The position numbers and the translations under genes were made by a program. The notes beneath the pieces were generated by a model that was given only the letters and a program-made list of their open reading frames with translations, made no database searches and had not been told where the DNA came from. A DNA stretch of 64,000 bases from an uncultured Eubacteriales bacterium (GTDB lineage: Bacteria > Actinomycetota > Coriobacteriia > Anaerosomatales > JAAXUF01). The first letter of the stretch is position 1. Each line of letters starts with the position of its first letter. The stretch lies in contig CAZFRE010000001.1 in the NCBI GenBank assembly GCA_964521195.1, forward strand, positions 334,317 through 398,316. The letters are read 5' to 3'. Shown here in pieces: positions 18,841-27,469 of this stretch.

Positions 18841-19106
18841 TGGGCGATCCGAAGACACGTGCGGGCTCGTTCCTGGCTGCCGTTGGCACGCTTGGGCTGG
18901 CCGGAGTACTCACCAGGGGTTGCCCGGGGTCGTGCCAGTCATGCGTCTCGTGCGCGAACGCGCTGGTGCCGCTCGGGGCCTCGGTCGCTGCGGTGGGCGG
19001 TGCGTTCGTGACGTCGGCGGTGCTCCGCCATCGGAGCTCGAACGACCACACGGGTGGGCGAGATGCTGTGCGCAAGGCGCGAGGCGACGGCTCCGGGAAC
19101 CCGTGA
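18840..19106 (+). CDS. small 2-TM membrane protein with loop Cys cluster CPGSCQSCVSC
   Basis: ATGA overlap with the polyferredoxin stop. Two hydrophobic helices flank GCPGSCQSCVSC. Confidence 0.5.
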   Translation: MGDPKTRAGSFLAAVGTLGLAGVLTRGCPGSCQSCVSCANALVPLGASVAAVGGAFVTSAVLRHRSSNDHTGGRDAVRKARGDGSGNP

Positions 19107-19196
19107 GCAGCCGCTCGTCGGGCTGGTGGCGCGCGGCGCCCTGCACTTGCCCCCCACGGGCGTGAAAGCTACCGTCGAGCGTGACAGCGTAACTTC

Positions 19197-19889
19197 GTGC
19201 GGGAGGCCGACGTGAGCGACTTCGGACCACGACGGGACTACGGGCGTATCCGCGAGCGCCCGTATCGGCATGGCAGCCACGATCGCGAGAAGCGCCTGCA
19301 GTTCACCATCGGAGTCGGCGCAGCCATCATGCTGGTGCTCGGCGCGGGAATCGGGTTCGCGCTCGGCAGGGCCACGGCGCCGACACCCGATCCCACGGAG
19401 CCTGCGACCATCGTCGAGGAGACGACGCTGCCCGCCGGCGTCATCGAGGACGTCCCCACCGAGAGCGTCGACGCGAGCTTCACCGACGACGTCACGCTGT
19501 CCGAGGAGCCCACGGAAGACGTCAAGCCGCCCACGAGGCCCAAGCAACTCGCGCCCTCCAACGGCGCGGTGATCGATGCCACGAATGTGTACCTGAAGTG
19601 GTCGAAGTCGAAGGACGATTCCGGATCGGTGACGTACTCCTTCGAGATCCAGGACCGGCTCTCGAACGGCACGTACGGCCGCACGCAGGTCATCAAGAAG
19701 CTCAAGAAGCGCCAGTACTACGCACGCGTGCTCTCAGTGAAGCGCCGTTGGCGCGTGTGGGCAGTGGACGAGGCCGGCAACAAGAGCAAGAAGAGCCCGT
19801 GGCACTACTACATCAAGAAGTACACGCCGCCGGCGACCCCGAAGAAGTCGACGAACACGTCGGACAGCAAGAGCGACGAGACGACGTAG
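19197..19889 (+). CDS. membrane-anchored protein with FN3/Ig-like ectodomain and Lys-rich tail
   Basis: TM segment IGVGAAIMLVLGAGIGFALG. Acidic/Pro linker, then ...LKWSKSKDDSGSVTYSFEI...WRVWAVDEAGNKS. Confidence 0.5.
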   Translation: MREADVSDFGPRRDYGRIRERPYRHGSHDREKRLQFTIGVGAAIMLVLGAGIGFALGRATAPTPDPTEPATIVEETTLPAGVIEDVPTESVDASFTDDVTLSEEPTEDVKPPTRPKQLAPSNGAVIDATNVYLKWSKSKDDSGSVTYSFEIQDRLSNGTYGRTQVIKKLKKRQYYARVLSVKRRWRVWAVDEAGNKSKKSPWHYYIKKYTPPATPKKSTNTSDSKSDETT

Positions 19890-19982
19890 CCACGACGCAG
19901 CTGCCGCCTGTCGTCTGACTTGCTGGGAGTCGGACCCTTCGGGCAGAAACCCCGTACAGGTCGTTCGGGTACGGAGGTGCAC

Positions 19983-21323
19983 GTGGCCGAGAACGAGTTC
20001 GACGTCATCGTCATCGGTACGGGAGTAGCGGGTCAGACCGCCGCCGAGGAGCTCGCCGCTGCCGGCAAGCGTGTCGCCGTGGTCGAGTGTCGAGAGGTCG
20101 GTGGCACGTGCGCGCTGCGCGGCTGCGAGCCGAAGAAGGCGCTGTTCAGCATCGCCGAGGCGTCCGAGCGCGCGCGGGCGCATCTCGGCGACGGGGTCAC
20201 CGGCTGTGGTCCGGTCCAGTGGTCCGAGTTGCTGGCCTTCAAGCGCACGTTCACCGATGACGCGTCCGAGGCGATCACGGGAGCGTTGACCGGCTCGGGC
20301 GTTTCGATCCTGAGAGGCGTCGCGGTCTTCTCGGACCCGAGCACCATCGTCGTGGACGGGACGCGCCACAGCGCGGACCACATCGTGGTCGCGACGGGCG
20401 CGCGATCTCGGCCCCTGGGCATCCCGGGCGAGGAACTGGTGCTGACGAGCGAGCAGTTCATGGCCGCCGAGTCGATCGGCCCACGCGTCGTGTTCATCGG
20501 CGGCGGCTACGTGAGCTTCGAGTTCGCGCACATCGCAGACGCCACGGGGGCGCGGGTGACGATCGTCCATCGAGGTGAGCGCGTGCTCGACGGTTTCGAG
20601 CCTCGACTCGCGACGATGCTTGCCGATTCGTACCGCGCCCGTGGAATCGACATCATGCTCGGAGCTCCGGTGGCTGCGCTCAAACGCGAGGGCGGCGGGC
20701 TTGCGGTGCTGCTGGGCGACGGCAGCCGCATCGAGTGCGATACGGTCGTGCACGGGGCGGGCCGAATCCCTGATCTCGAGGCGCTCGATCTCTCGGCGGG
20801 CGGTGTGGCGTTCGGGCCGCGCGGCATCGAAGTCGATGACGCCCTGCGAAGCACCTCGAATCCGCGCGTCTGGGCCGCTGGCGACGCAGCGGCACTCGGG
20901 CCGCCACTGACCCCGGTCGGCATCGCTCAGGCGCGTGTGATCGTTCGTCAGCTCCTCGGTGACACGGGAGCGAGGTTCAGACCCCCGGCCGTGCCGAGCG
21001 TCGTGTTCTCCGACCCGCCACTCGCCAGGGTGGGGCTCACCGAGGCGTCGGCCGCCGAGAAGGGCCTCGATGTCGACGTCCGGTTCACCGACATGAGCGG
21101 ATGGGCGTCGTCGCGCCGCGCAGGCGTCACCGCGGCTGGTGCCAGCATCCTCGTCGCACGAGACACAGGCATGGTGGTCGGCGCACATCTGCTCGGTCCG
21201 CACGCCGACGAGATGATCAACGTGCTTGCGACAGCGATCATGGGGGGTGTGACGGCCGGCGAGCTCAAGAGCGCGATCTGGGCGTATCCGACATCAGGCT
21301 ACGAACTCGTGTACCTGCTCTAG
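19983..21323 (+). CDS. class-I pyridine-nucleotide disulfide oxidoreductase (MerA/RclA-like variant)
   Basis: GTG at 19983 with GGAGG upstream. FAD motif VIVIGTGVAGQTAA. Redox disulfide GGTCALRGCEPKK. The C-terminal dimerisation motif reads AYPTSGYELV where glutathione-reductase-type enzymes have HPTSSEEL. Confidence 0.8.
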   Translation: MAENEFDVIVIGTGVAGQTAAEELAAAGKRVAVVECREVGGTCALRGCEPKKALFSIAEASERARAHLGDGVTGCGPVQWSELLAFKRTFTDDASEAITGALTGSGVSILRGVAVFSDPSTIVVDGTRHSADHIVVATGARSRPLGIPGEELVLTSEQFMAAESIGPRVVFIGGGYVSFEFAHIADATGARVTIVHRGERVLDGFEPRLATMLADSYRARGIDIMLGAPVAALKREGGGLAVLLGDGSRIECDTVVHGAGRIPDLEALDLSAGGVAFGPRGIEVDDALRSTSNPRVWAAGDAAALGPPLTPVGIAQARVIVRQLLGDTGARFRPPAVPSVVFSDPPLARVGLTEASAAEKGLDVDVRFTDMSGWASSRRAGVTAAGASILVARDTGMVVGAHLLGPHADEMINVLATAIMGGVTAGELKSAIWAYPTSGYELVYLL

Positions 21324-21336
21324 CGCTTGCACGGCG

Positions 21337-21360
21337 AAGGGCGCCCCGTGGGGCGCCCTT
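21337..21360. terminator. GC-rich hairpin between convergent genes
   Basis: aagggcgcccc-gtg-gggcgccctt, a perfect 10-11 bp stem. No clear U-tract. Confidence 0.5.
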
Positions 21361-21385
21361 GCTGGTCAGAGCATGTGTCGCTGTG

Positions 21386-22366
21386 CTAGCGGACGCGCAC
21401 CGAGACGATCTGCGAAACGCTCGGGGCGAGTTCGGCGGTGCCGGCGAAGCGTGCCTGGAACTTGTACGTGCCCTTGGACGACGCGTTGTAGCGATACTTC
21501 CAGCTGGCGCTGTTCGACTTCTCGGAGTCCTTCGTCTCGACCTTCTTGACGAGGACCCACGTGCTGGAGCCGGGCTTCATGACGTAGATCGCGACCTTGA
21601 GGTCGTCCTCATTCGCACTCAGCTTGCCGGACAGCGAGACGCTCCTGCGCGACTTGTGATCGTCGTCGTCGCCGTCACGTTCGTACGAGGCGCGGAGAGT
21701 CACGGTGGTGGACGTCAAGCCGCTCGGGTCGACCGGCACCGGGGCGGTGATCGTGAAGCTCGCGGTCTTGTGGGTCTCGGCGTTACCGGCCACGTCGACC
21801 GACCAGAACTCGATGGTGTGGGAGCCGACGGTGGCGACGTTGATCGACGTGCCCGTCATCTGCGCACCGCCGTTGAGCTTGTAGTAGGTGTTGGCGACAC
21901 CGGAGCCCGCGTCGGTGGCGGAGAGCTTGATCGCCGCCGAGGAGACGTAGGTCGCCTTGGCATCCGACGTCGTCACCGGGGCGGTGGCGTCGACGGGCAC
22001 CGGGGCGGTGGCGTTCAGGATGGCCGTACCGAGCCCATCAGACGTTCCCGGCCCGGTGACGGCGAAGATCGTGTACACGTTGCCGGTGGTCACGGTGAAC
22101 TGGCCAGAGGCGCCGGCGACAGTGGTCACGCGGGTCGTACCATTGAACACGGAGACGTAGTCGGCGCCGGGGGCGCTGAAGCTGTACGTCGCGGAGGTGC
22201 CCGATGCCGAGAGAAGCGTGGTGGTGATGGTCGCGCCTGCACCGTCGTGACAGTTGCTGCATTGCGAGGTCTTGCTTGGGGTCGCCGAAGCGGTGGTGGC
22301 GAACACAGCCAGCATGCCAACCGCGATCAAGGCGACGGCCACACCGAGTCTTCCTTTGCGAATCAC
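21386..22366 (-). CDS. secreted protein: single CxxCH + Ig-like (OmpL47-type) domains + shared C-terminal beta-sandwich
   Basis: GTG at 22366 with GGAGG upstream. Signal peptide ...AVFATTASA. CSNCH lies directly after the signal peptide. ...SATDAGSGVANTYYKLNGG...GSHTIEFWSVDVAGNAE. The C-terminus has KGTYKFQARFAGT. Confidence 0.65.
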   Translation of the reverse strand: MIRKGRLGVAVALIAVGMLAVFATTASATPSKTSQCSNCHDGAGATITTTLLSASGTSATYSFSAPGADYVSVFNGTTRVTTVAGASGQFTVTTGNVYTIFAVTGPGTSDGLGTAILNATAPVPVDATAPVTTSDAKATYVSSAAIKLSATDAGSGVANTYYKLNGGAQMTGTSINVATVGSHTIEFWSVDVAGNAETHKTASFTITAPVPVDPSGLTSTTVTLRASYERDGDDDDHKSRRSVSLSGKLSANEDDLKVAIYVMKPGSSTWVLVKKVETKDSEKSNSASWKYRYNASSKGTYKFQARFAGTAELAPSVSQIVSVRVR

Positions 22367-22721
22367 GAAACACCTCCGAGAGTTGCGGGATGCGGCGGAT
22401 CCAGCGTCCGCCTTGCGAACCGTTTCGGCGGTTAGAAAGCGCATCTAGAGCCAATTCGTGCTAGCTAAGAAGACTCTAAGGGTGGCCTAATGTCCGAGAC
22501 GGCCCAGAGGGTCGAGGGCGACGCACCCGACGGTCAGTCGCTTCACCGCTCTGAGCAGGCGTGACGTGGCTGAGAGCGTGGTTGGCTCGCGCAGCCGACG
22601 CCGCGGAGCGGTCAGACCGCTCTCATCCACCGCTCTCATCTGCGGCTTCCTCTACTGTGCGCTTCGTCACAGTGTGGGCGCCGACGGGACCGCACGTCGC
22701 CAGATCGCGGCCGAGGTGACG

Positions 22722-24026
22722 CTACGACGCGGCGGCCACCACGGGCTCGCGCGCCTGGTCGACCGGGCCGATCACCTTGAGGCGCTTGCCGTCAAGCGCG
22801 CTCAGCAGCGCGTCGACCACCGCTGGATCGAACTGGGTCCCGCGTCCGTTCTCCAGTTCGGCCCGTGCCGCTGATTCGCCCATGGCGCGCCGATACGGTC
22901 GCGTGGACATCATCGCGTCGAACGCATCGGCCACTGCGAGCACGCGTGCTGCGTAGGGGATGGCCTCGCCAGCGAGACCGTCGGGATACCCGGTGCCGTC
23001 CCAGCGCTCGTGGTGGCTTCGTATCACGGGTACGGCGTCGGCGAGGAACGGTATCGACTCGATGATCTGCGCACCGGTGGCGGGGTGCGCCTCGACCTCA
23101 CGGAACTCGACGGCATCGAGCTTCCCCGGCTTCTGGAGGACCTTCTCGGAGGTGCCGATCTTGCCGATGTCGTGCAGCAGGCCGGCACGCTCGAGGAGCT
23201 CCGCCGCCTCGGGGTGGCCCATCTCGCCAGCGACGCATTTCGCGTAGTCCGCGACATGCACCGAGTGCATCGCCGTGTAGCGGTCCCGTGCGTCGATCGC
23301 CATGAGGAGCGAGACGAGGGTGCCGAGCGACGCGCTCTCGAGGTCGACCAGCGCATCACCCAGACGACGGTGCGCGGTCTCGGCCTCAGCCTGCTGCCGC
23401 CTGATCTCCCGTTTGGCCTGTGCGACGAAGATCGACAGGAGCAGGTAGGTGGACGCGGCACCCAGCAAGACGATGCCCGCGACAGCCCCGGACGCCATCC
23501 GCACGTTGGCGGCTATTGGAGCATACGGGCGCCAGCCGACCCAGACCGCTTCAGGTGGTCCGTCGTCGGCATCGACCGCCCCGGTGACTCGCAGCGTGGT
23601 CCCGGCGGGGCCGGTTCCGATCAGGGTCGAGTCGATGCGTCCGTCGAGCGCGTGATCCAGCGTGGCCTGGCTCGGCATCGGGGGAAGATCGTCCTCGCTC
23701 CGGTAGAGCACGGTGCCGTCCGAGCGAACGACTGCGACTTGGGACAGTGCGCCCTGCACGATCCGCTTGCGGATGAGCTCCTCGAGCCGAGCTGCGGCCT
23801 CGGGCGAGGCATTCTGCACGTCAGCGGGCGTATACGCCTCGGACACGAACCCGCCGAGACCGGACTGCACGATACGGGCGAACCCGTTGAGGACGACGTT
23901 GCGGACGAACAGTGCGGCGATGACGGCGACAGCGATTCCCAGCAACGCGATCGCCCACATCGCGCGCGTCTTGAGCCGCTTGAGGAGGTCGAGCTCCTGG
24001 CCGGCGTCCATGCGTCGGGTCTCCAA
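22722..24026 (-). CDS. HD-GYP domain c-di-GMP phosphodiesterase with membrane-bounded extracytoplasmic sensor region
   Basis: HS.HVA....LLHDIGKIG...HHERWDGTGYPDGL. Two TM segments flank a segment of about 150 aa. Confidence 0.85.
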   Translation of the reverse strand: METRRMDAGQELDLLKRLKTRAMWAIALLGIAVAVIAALFVRNVVLNGFARIVQSGLGGFVSEAYTPADVQNASPEAAARLEELIRKRIVQGALSQVAVVRSDGTVLYRSEDDLPPMPSQATLDHALDGRIDSTLIGTGPAGTTLRVTGAVDADDGPPEAVWVGWRPYAPIAANVRMASGAVAGIVLLGAASTYLLLSIFVAQAKREIRRQQAEAETAHRRLGDALVDLESASLGTLVSLLMAIDARDRYTAMHSVHVADYAKCVAGEMGHPEAAELLERAGLLHDIGKIGTSEKVLQKPGKLDAVEFREVEAHPATGAQIIESIPFLADAVPVIRSHHERWDGTGYPDGLAGEAIPYAARVLAVADAFDAMMSTRPYRRAMGESAARAELENGRGTQFDPAVVDALLSALDGKRLKVIGPVDQAREPVVAAAS

Positions 24027-24201
24027 TCACGCTGTGCGCGTCCCCGCCCCGAACGGCCGCCCTGAGACGCCCGGTGGCCATGGACTGGATGATACAGCAG
24101 GCCCTCTGCCGCCGCGAGGCTCGCACGCGCCGCTGCCGCGTGAGCCGTTCCTGCTTCTCGGGAACAAGCCACAACACGACCCCGCGACGAAAGGGTTCCC
24201 C

Positions 24202-24960
24202 ATGGATGCCACCACACGCGTCGTCTCGCTCTACCCACGACTCATCGACGGGGACATCGGCGTCCTGGCCGCCTTCGCCGACAAGGCGACGATCGACACG
24301 CCGCTGCAGGGCCATCACGAGCCACCCGAATTCGTCGCCGAGACCCGCGCGTGGCTCTCCGCTCACGACGCGCGCGTGGATGCGGGTCCGACCGTCGTCA
24401 CGCCAGAGCGCATCGTCCACGAGTTCGTGCTCTGCGTGAGCGTCGACGGCGCAGACAAAGAGCTTCCGGTCATGCTTGTGGCCGATATCGACGGTGACGG
24501 GTGCATTCGTGATCTGCGCGTCTACCACTCCACGTGGCCGTTGACCGGGACGCACCGCGTGCGTAGCCCGCTCATCCAGTACTCCCTCACCGACCGGCCA
24601 GCCGAGCCGGTCGGCAGCTACCACGCGGCGCTCGGCGCGGGGGATGCCTCGGCTGCCGACGCCGCGTTCGAGCCGGACGGCACCGTTCGCGAGCCTGCGG
24701 GATCGACGTGGACACACTCGGGTGAGGACCGAGCGGCGTGGTACGCGAGCATCCTCTCGGACGGTCCGTTGCCGCTCAAGCTCGGGACGGTCACCGACGA
24801 CGGCACGACCCTGGTCTACGAGTACGAGGTCGAGCAGTGGGGCTCGACGCGGATCCCGCCCCAGGCCGGAGCTGCCGCGTACCAGCGCGGGCCGAACGGC
24901 GGGATCGCTTCCGCGCGCATCTACGACGACGTCGAGCCTCCGGCGGTGCTCGGCGCGTGA
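24202..24960 (+). CDS. tandem NTF2/SnoaL-like domain protein
   Basis: Two segments of about 120 aa with a ketosteroid-isomerase-like pattern. ORF trimmed to ATG at 24202. Weak family call. Confidence 0.4.
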   Translation: MDATTRVVSLYPRLIDGDIGVLAAFADKATIDTPLQGHHEPPEFVAETRAWLSAHDARVDAGPTVVTPERIVHEFVLCVSVDGADKELPVMLVADIDGDGCIRDLRVYHSTWPLTGTHRVRSPLIQYSLTDRPAEPVGSYHAALGAGDASAADAAFEPDGTVREPAGSTWTHSGEDRAAWYASILSDGPLPLKLGTVTDDGTTLVYEYEVEQWGSTRIPPQAGAAAYQRGPNGGIASARIYDDVEPPAVLGA

Positions 24961-25073
24961 TCGCACGGCGGCCCGGTAGCCGGGACCGGACTACGGTCGC
25001 CAGCGTGAGCACTGGGGCCTCGGCGCGGTAGAATCGAGTGGCTTCACCGCGCGCCGAACGACCGGAGGTGCTC

Positions 25074-25640
25074 GTGGACGTACTGACAGGCATCACTCTC
25101 GCTGCACCAGCGGGGCTCAACGCCTACATTCCGGTGCTCGCCGTCGCGATCGCGCAGCGCATGGGCTGGCTTCATCTGAGCGGCGTCTACGAGCACATGG
25201 GCGACTGGTGGTTCATCGCACTGGTCTCGGTGTTGTTGCTCGTCGAGATCGTGGCGGACAAGGTCCCGGCGGTCGACCACGTCAACGACGCCGTCCAGAC
25301 GGTCGTGCGACCTGCTGCAGGCGGCCTGCTCGCGGTCGCGGCTTCCGGCGAAGGCAGGCTCGAGCCGTGGTTGCTCCTTGCGGCGGGCGTCCTCGTGGCG
25401 GGAGGCGTGCACGCCGTCAAAGCGTCCGCTCGGCCTGTGATCAACGCTGTGTCGGGTGGCACGGGTGCGCCGGTCGTGTCGACGGTCGAAGACGTGGGGG
25501 CCGCGACCGTCTCGGTCATGGCGATCGTCTGGCCGGTGCTGGCCGCTCTTGTGGTGGTCGCCGCAGTGGCGTTCACGCTCTGGGCCGTCTCGCGGTGGCG
25601 GTCGGCTCGAGCCCGACGACGTGCCGCCGAGCAACCCTAG
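25074..25640 (+). CDS. DUF4126 membrane protein
   Basis: ...GLNAYIPVLAVAI...LLVEIVADKVPAVDHVND..QT.VRP.AG motif block. GTG at 25074 with GGAGG upstream. Confidence 0.65.
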   Translation: MDVLTGITLAAPAGLNAYIPVLAVAIAQRMGWLHLSGVYEHMGDWWFIALVSVLLLVEIVADKVPAVDHVNDAVQTVVRPAAGGLLAVAASGEGRLEPWLLLAAGVLVAGGVHAVKASARPVINAVSGGTGAPVVSTVEDVGAATVSVMAIVWPVLAALVVVAAVAFTLWAVSRWRSARARRRAAEQP

Positions 25641-26095
25641 CGCTCGATGTCGGCCGGCGTGAGCGTGCCTCCCGGCCCCTCGTGCCCGTGCTGCAGATGC
25701 GCCTTGCGGTTCGTTTCCTCGGTCTGGATGCGTTGCGCCTCGCGGTACAACGCGAGCAGATCCGGCTCGGCGAGTGTTCGGCCGATCGTCTCGGAGAGCA
25801 GCGTGACAGCATCCTTGTAGTCGCCCGCCGCCAGCAGCGTGTCGGCGCGAAGCCACGCCGCGACATAGTCGCGCCGGGCGACGAACCGTGGGTTCCAGGG
25901 CTCGATCGCTGCCGCCACGTACGCCCGCTCGTAGCGAGCGTCGAGGTCCGTGCCCGGGGCGCTGGAGGCGGTGTACGTCTCGGAGGCGTAGGCGTGCAGT
26001 GCTAAGGCTCCACCCGCGAGCGCGAGTGCCAGCAGCCCGCCGATCAGTGGCAGCGTCGTGCGCGTCGAGACTCGATCGGTCGTGCCGTCAGCCAT
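25637..26095 (-). CDS. membrane-anchored hypothetical protein (helical repeat-like ectodomain)
   Basis: A TM segment LPLIGGLLALALAGGALAL followed by a helical region. Plausible codon usage. No family recognised. Confidence 0.4.
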   Translation of the reverse strand: MADGTTDRVSTRTTLPLIGGLLALALAGGALALHAYASETYTASSAPGTDLDARYERAYVAAAIEPWNPRFVARRDYVAAWLRADTLLAAGDYKDAVTLLSETIGRTLAEPDLLALYREAQRIQTEETNRKAHLQHGHEGPGGTLTPADIER

Positions 26096-26226
26096 CGCGA
26101 CTCCATCAGTAGGTCCGAGACGTCAGTGTACCCGCGCAGGCGGCCGAGGTTGCGGATGACGAGGTGGCGAACCATCAGTAGTATGGTCGCCAGACCCCGT
26201 TCCCACGCCGCCGAGGAGACCGCGCC

Positions 26227-26601
26227 ATGCGAGACGTGCTGTTCGTCGCCGCCGGTGGCGCCATCGGCGCCGCGTTGCGCTACGTCGTGGGGACGGCGAT
26301 CGTGGCGCGTACCGGTGAGACGTTCCCGTGGCACACTGCGGCCATCAATCTATCCGGCGCGTTTCTCATCGGCATGCTGCTGGCGATGCCGTGGGCGGGA
26401 ATGGCGACCGGCGCACCCTGGCGGCTGTTCCTCATCGTCGGCGTGCTCGGGGGCTTCACCACGTTCTCGACACTGGCATACGAGTCCATCGCGCTCGCGG
26501 CCGAGGGGCGCACGCTCGCGGGGTTCGCCAACATGTTCGGTAGCGGGATGCTCGGCCTCACGGCGGCATGGCTCGGCGTGATGACGGGCCGCGCGCTGTA
26601 G
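26227..26601 (+). CDS. crcB: fluoride ion channel CrcB/FluC
   Basis: GGAIGAALRY...INL.GAFLIG...LGGFTTFST. Confidence 0.9.
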   Translation: MRDVLFVAAGGAIGAALRYVVGTAIVARTGETFPWHTAAINLSGAFLIGMLLAMPWAGMATGAPWRLFLIVGVLGGFTTFSTLAYESIALAAEGRTLAGFANMFGSGMLGLTAAWLGVMTGRAL

Positions 26602-26834
26602 GGGGGCCCGCGGCGCGCATCCCGGACTTCGTGACGAAGGTCACAGGCGCGGGCCGCCCGGGTATTCACACAGCCGCAGGACGGCCACATCATGAGCCCA
26701 AGCTCCCGTGCGAGCCCGAACAACCCCCCATATCCCGCGGTACCGCCCACCCAGCAGCCCCGGAACCCGCTACCCCACAAGCGGGATTCTCGCTGGAGTG
26801 GGCGGTGCGGCGTCCGGGGCCGGTCGTTGCGGTG

Positions 26835-27266
26835 CTAGACGGCGATCTTGCGCCAGGTCACCGGGGAGGACAGCACGATCGACGTGGTGGTCTGTCCGTA
26901 GGGGAGGAACTTCACGACGATCCGCTCGAGGTGTTCGATCGAGCTGACGGCGAGTTTCATCACGTAGCCCTCGGTACCGGTGACCCGATTGAACTCGAGC
27001 ACTTCGAGCGTCTCGGAGGCGAGACGCTCGAGCTGTGGCGCAAGGTCCGGCGGCGAGGTGAGGCGGACGTAGGCCACGATCCCGTAGCCGGCCTTCTTCA
27101 GGTCGATCGAGGCGTGGTATCCCGTGATGACGCCGGAGTTCTCGAGCCTGCGCATGCGTTCAGCCACGGCAGGTGCGGACAGCCCCACGCGTCGACCGAG
27201 CTCGGCGTAGCTGCACCGCGCGTCGTCCTGCAGCGCAGATATGAGTGCGCGATCGATCTCGTCCAT
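26835..27266 (-). CDS. Lrp/AsnC-family transcriptional regulator
   Basis: MDEIDRALISALQDDARCSYAELGRRVGLSAPAVAERMRRLE..GVI.GY plus a RAM domain. Confidence 0.9.
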   Translation of the reverse strand: MDEIDRALISALQDDARCSYAELGRRVGLSAPAVAERMRRLENSGVITGYHASIDLKKAGYGIVAYVRLTSPPDLAPQLERLASETLEVLEFNRVTGTEGYVMKLAVSSIEHLERIVVKFLPYGQTTTSIVLSSPVTWRKIAV

Positions 27267-27469
27267 CGTCGTCCTTTCGAAGGGCGCTACGGTGTGTCTC
27301 GCCCGATACGACGGCGATTGTAGCGCAGTACGCCCGAAACGAAGCCACCGCACCCGTGTCGCAGCTGGTGGCCGCCATCCGCGATCGAGGCGGGGGCGCG
27401 TCGGCCGAGTGACGCTTCCCGTGCGCTAGACTTGACCGCAACAACCGCCAGGATCAGCAGGGAGGCTCA

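Noticed and set aside
22367-22721. A possible c-di-GMP riboswitch or other ncRNA in the long leader next to the HD-GYP gene.
   Set aside because: I recognised no GEMM-I/II consensus on either strand. It is kept only as an 'unexplained long leader' inside a finding.
26096-26226. A possible fluoride (crcB-motif) riboswitch in the 131-nt region upstream of crcB.
   Set aside because: I could not find the conserved GGCGAUGG..UUCGCC...AACCGCC...CUGAUGAUGCCUAC-type blocks. Only an imperfect hairpin is present (ggcgaaccat-cagtagt-atggtcgcc). An Infernal scan with RF01734 would settle it.
26602-26834. A 230-nt gap between convergent crcB and the Lrp-family gene, examined for a second crcB gene, tRNA or ncRNA.
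   Set aside because: There is no ORF with membrane-protein character and no cloverleaf-compatible sequence. Only a short hairpin (cccgct...agcggg) is present, so it cannot be supported.
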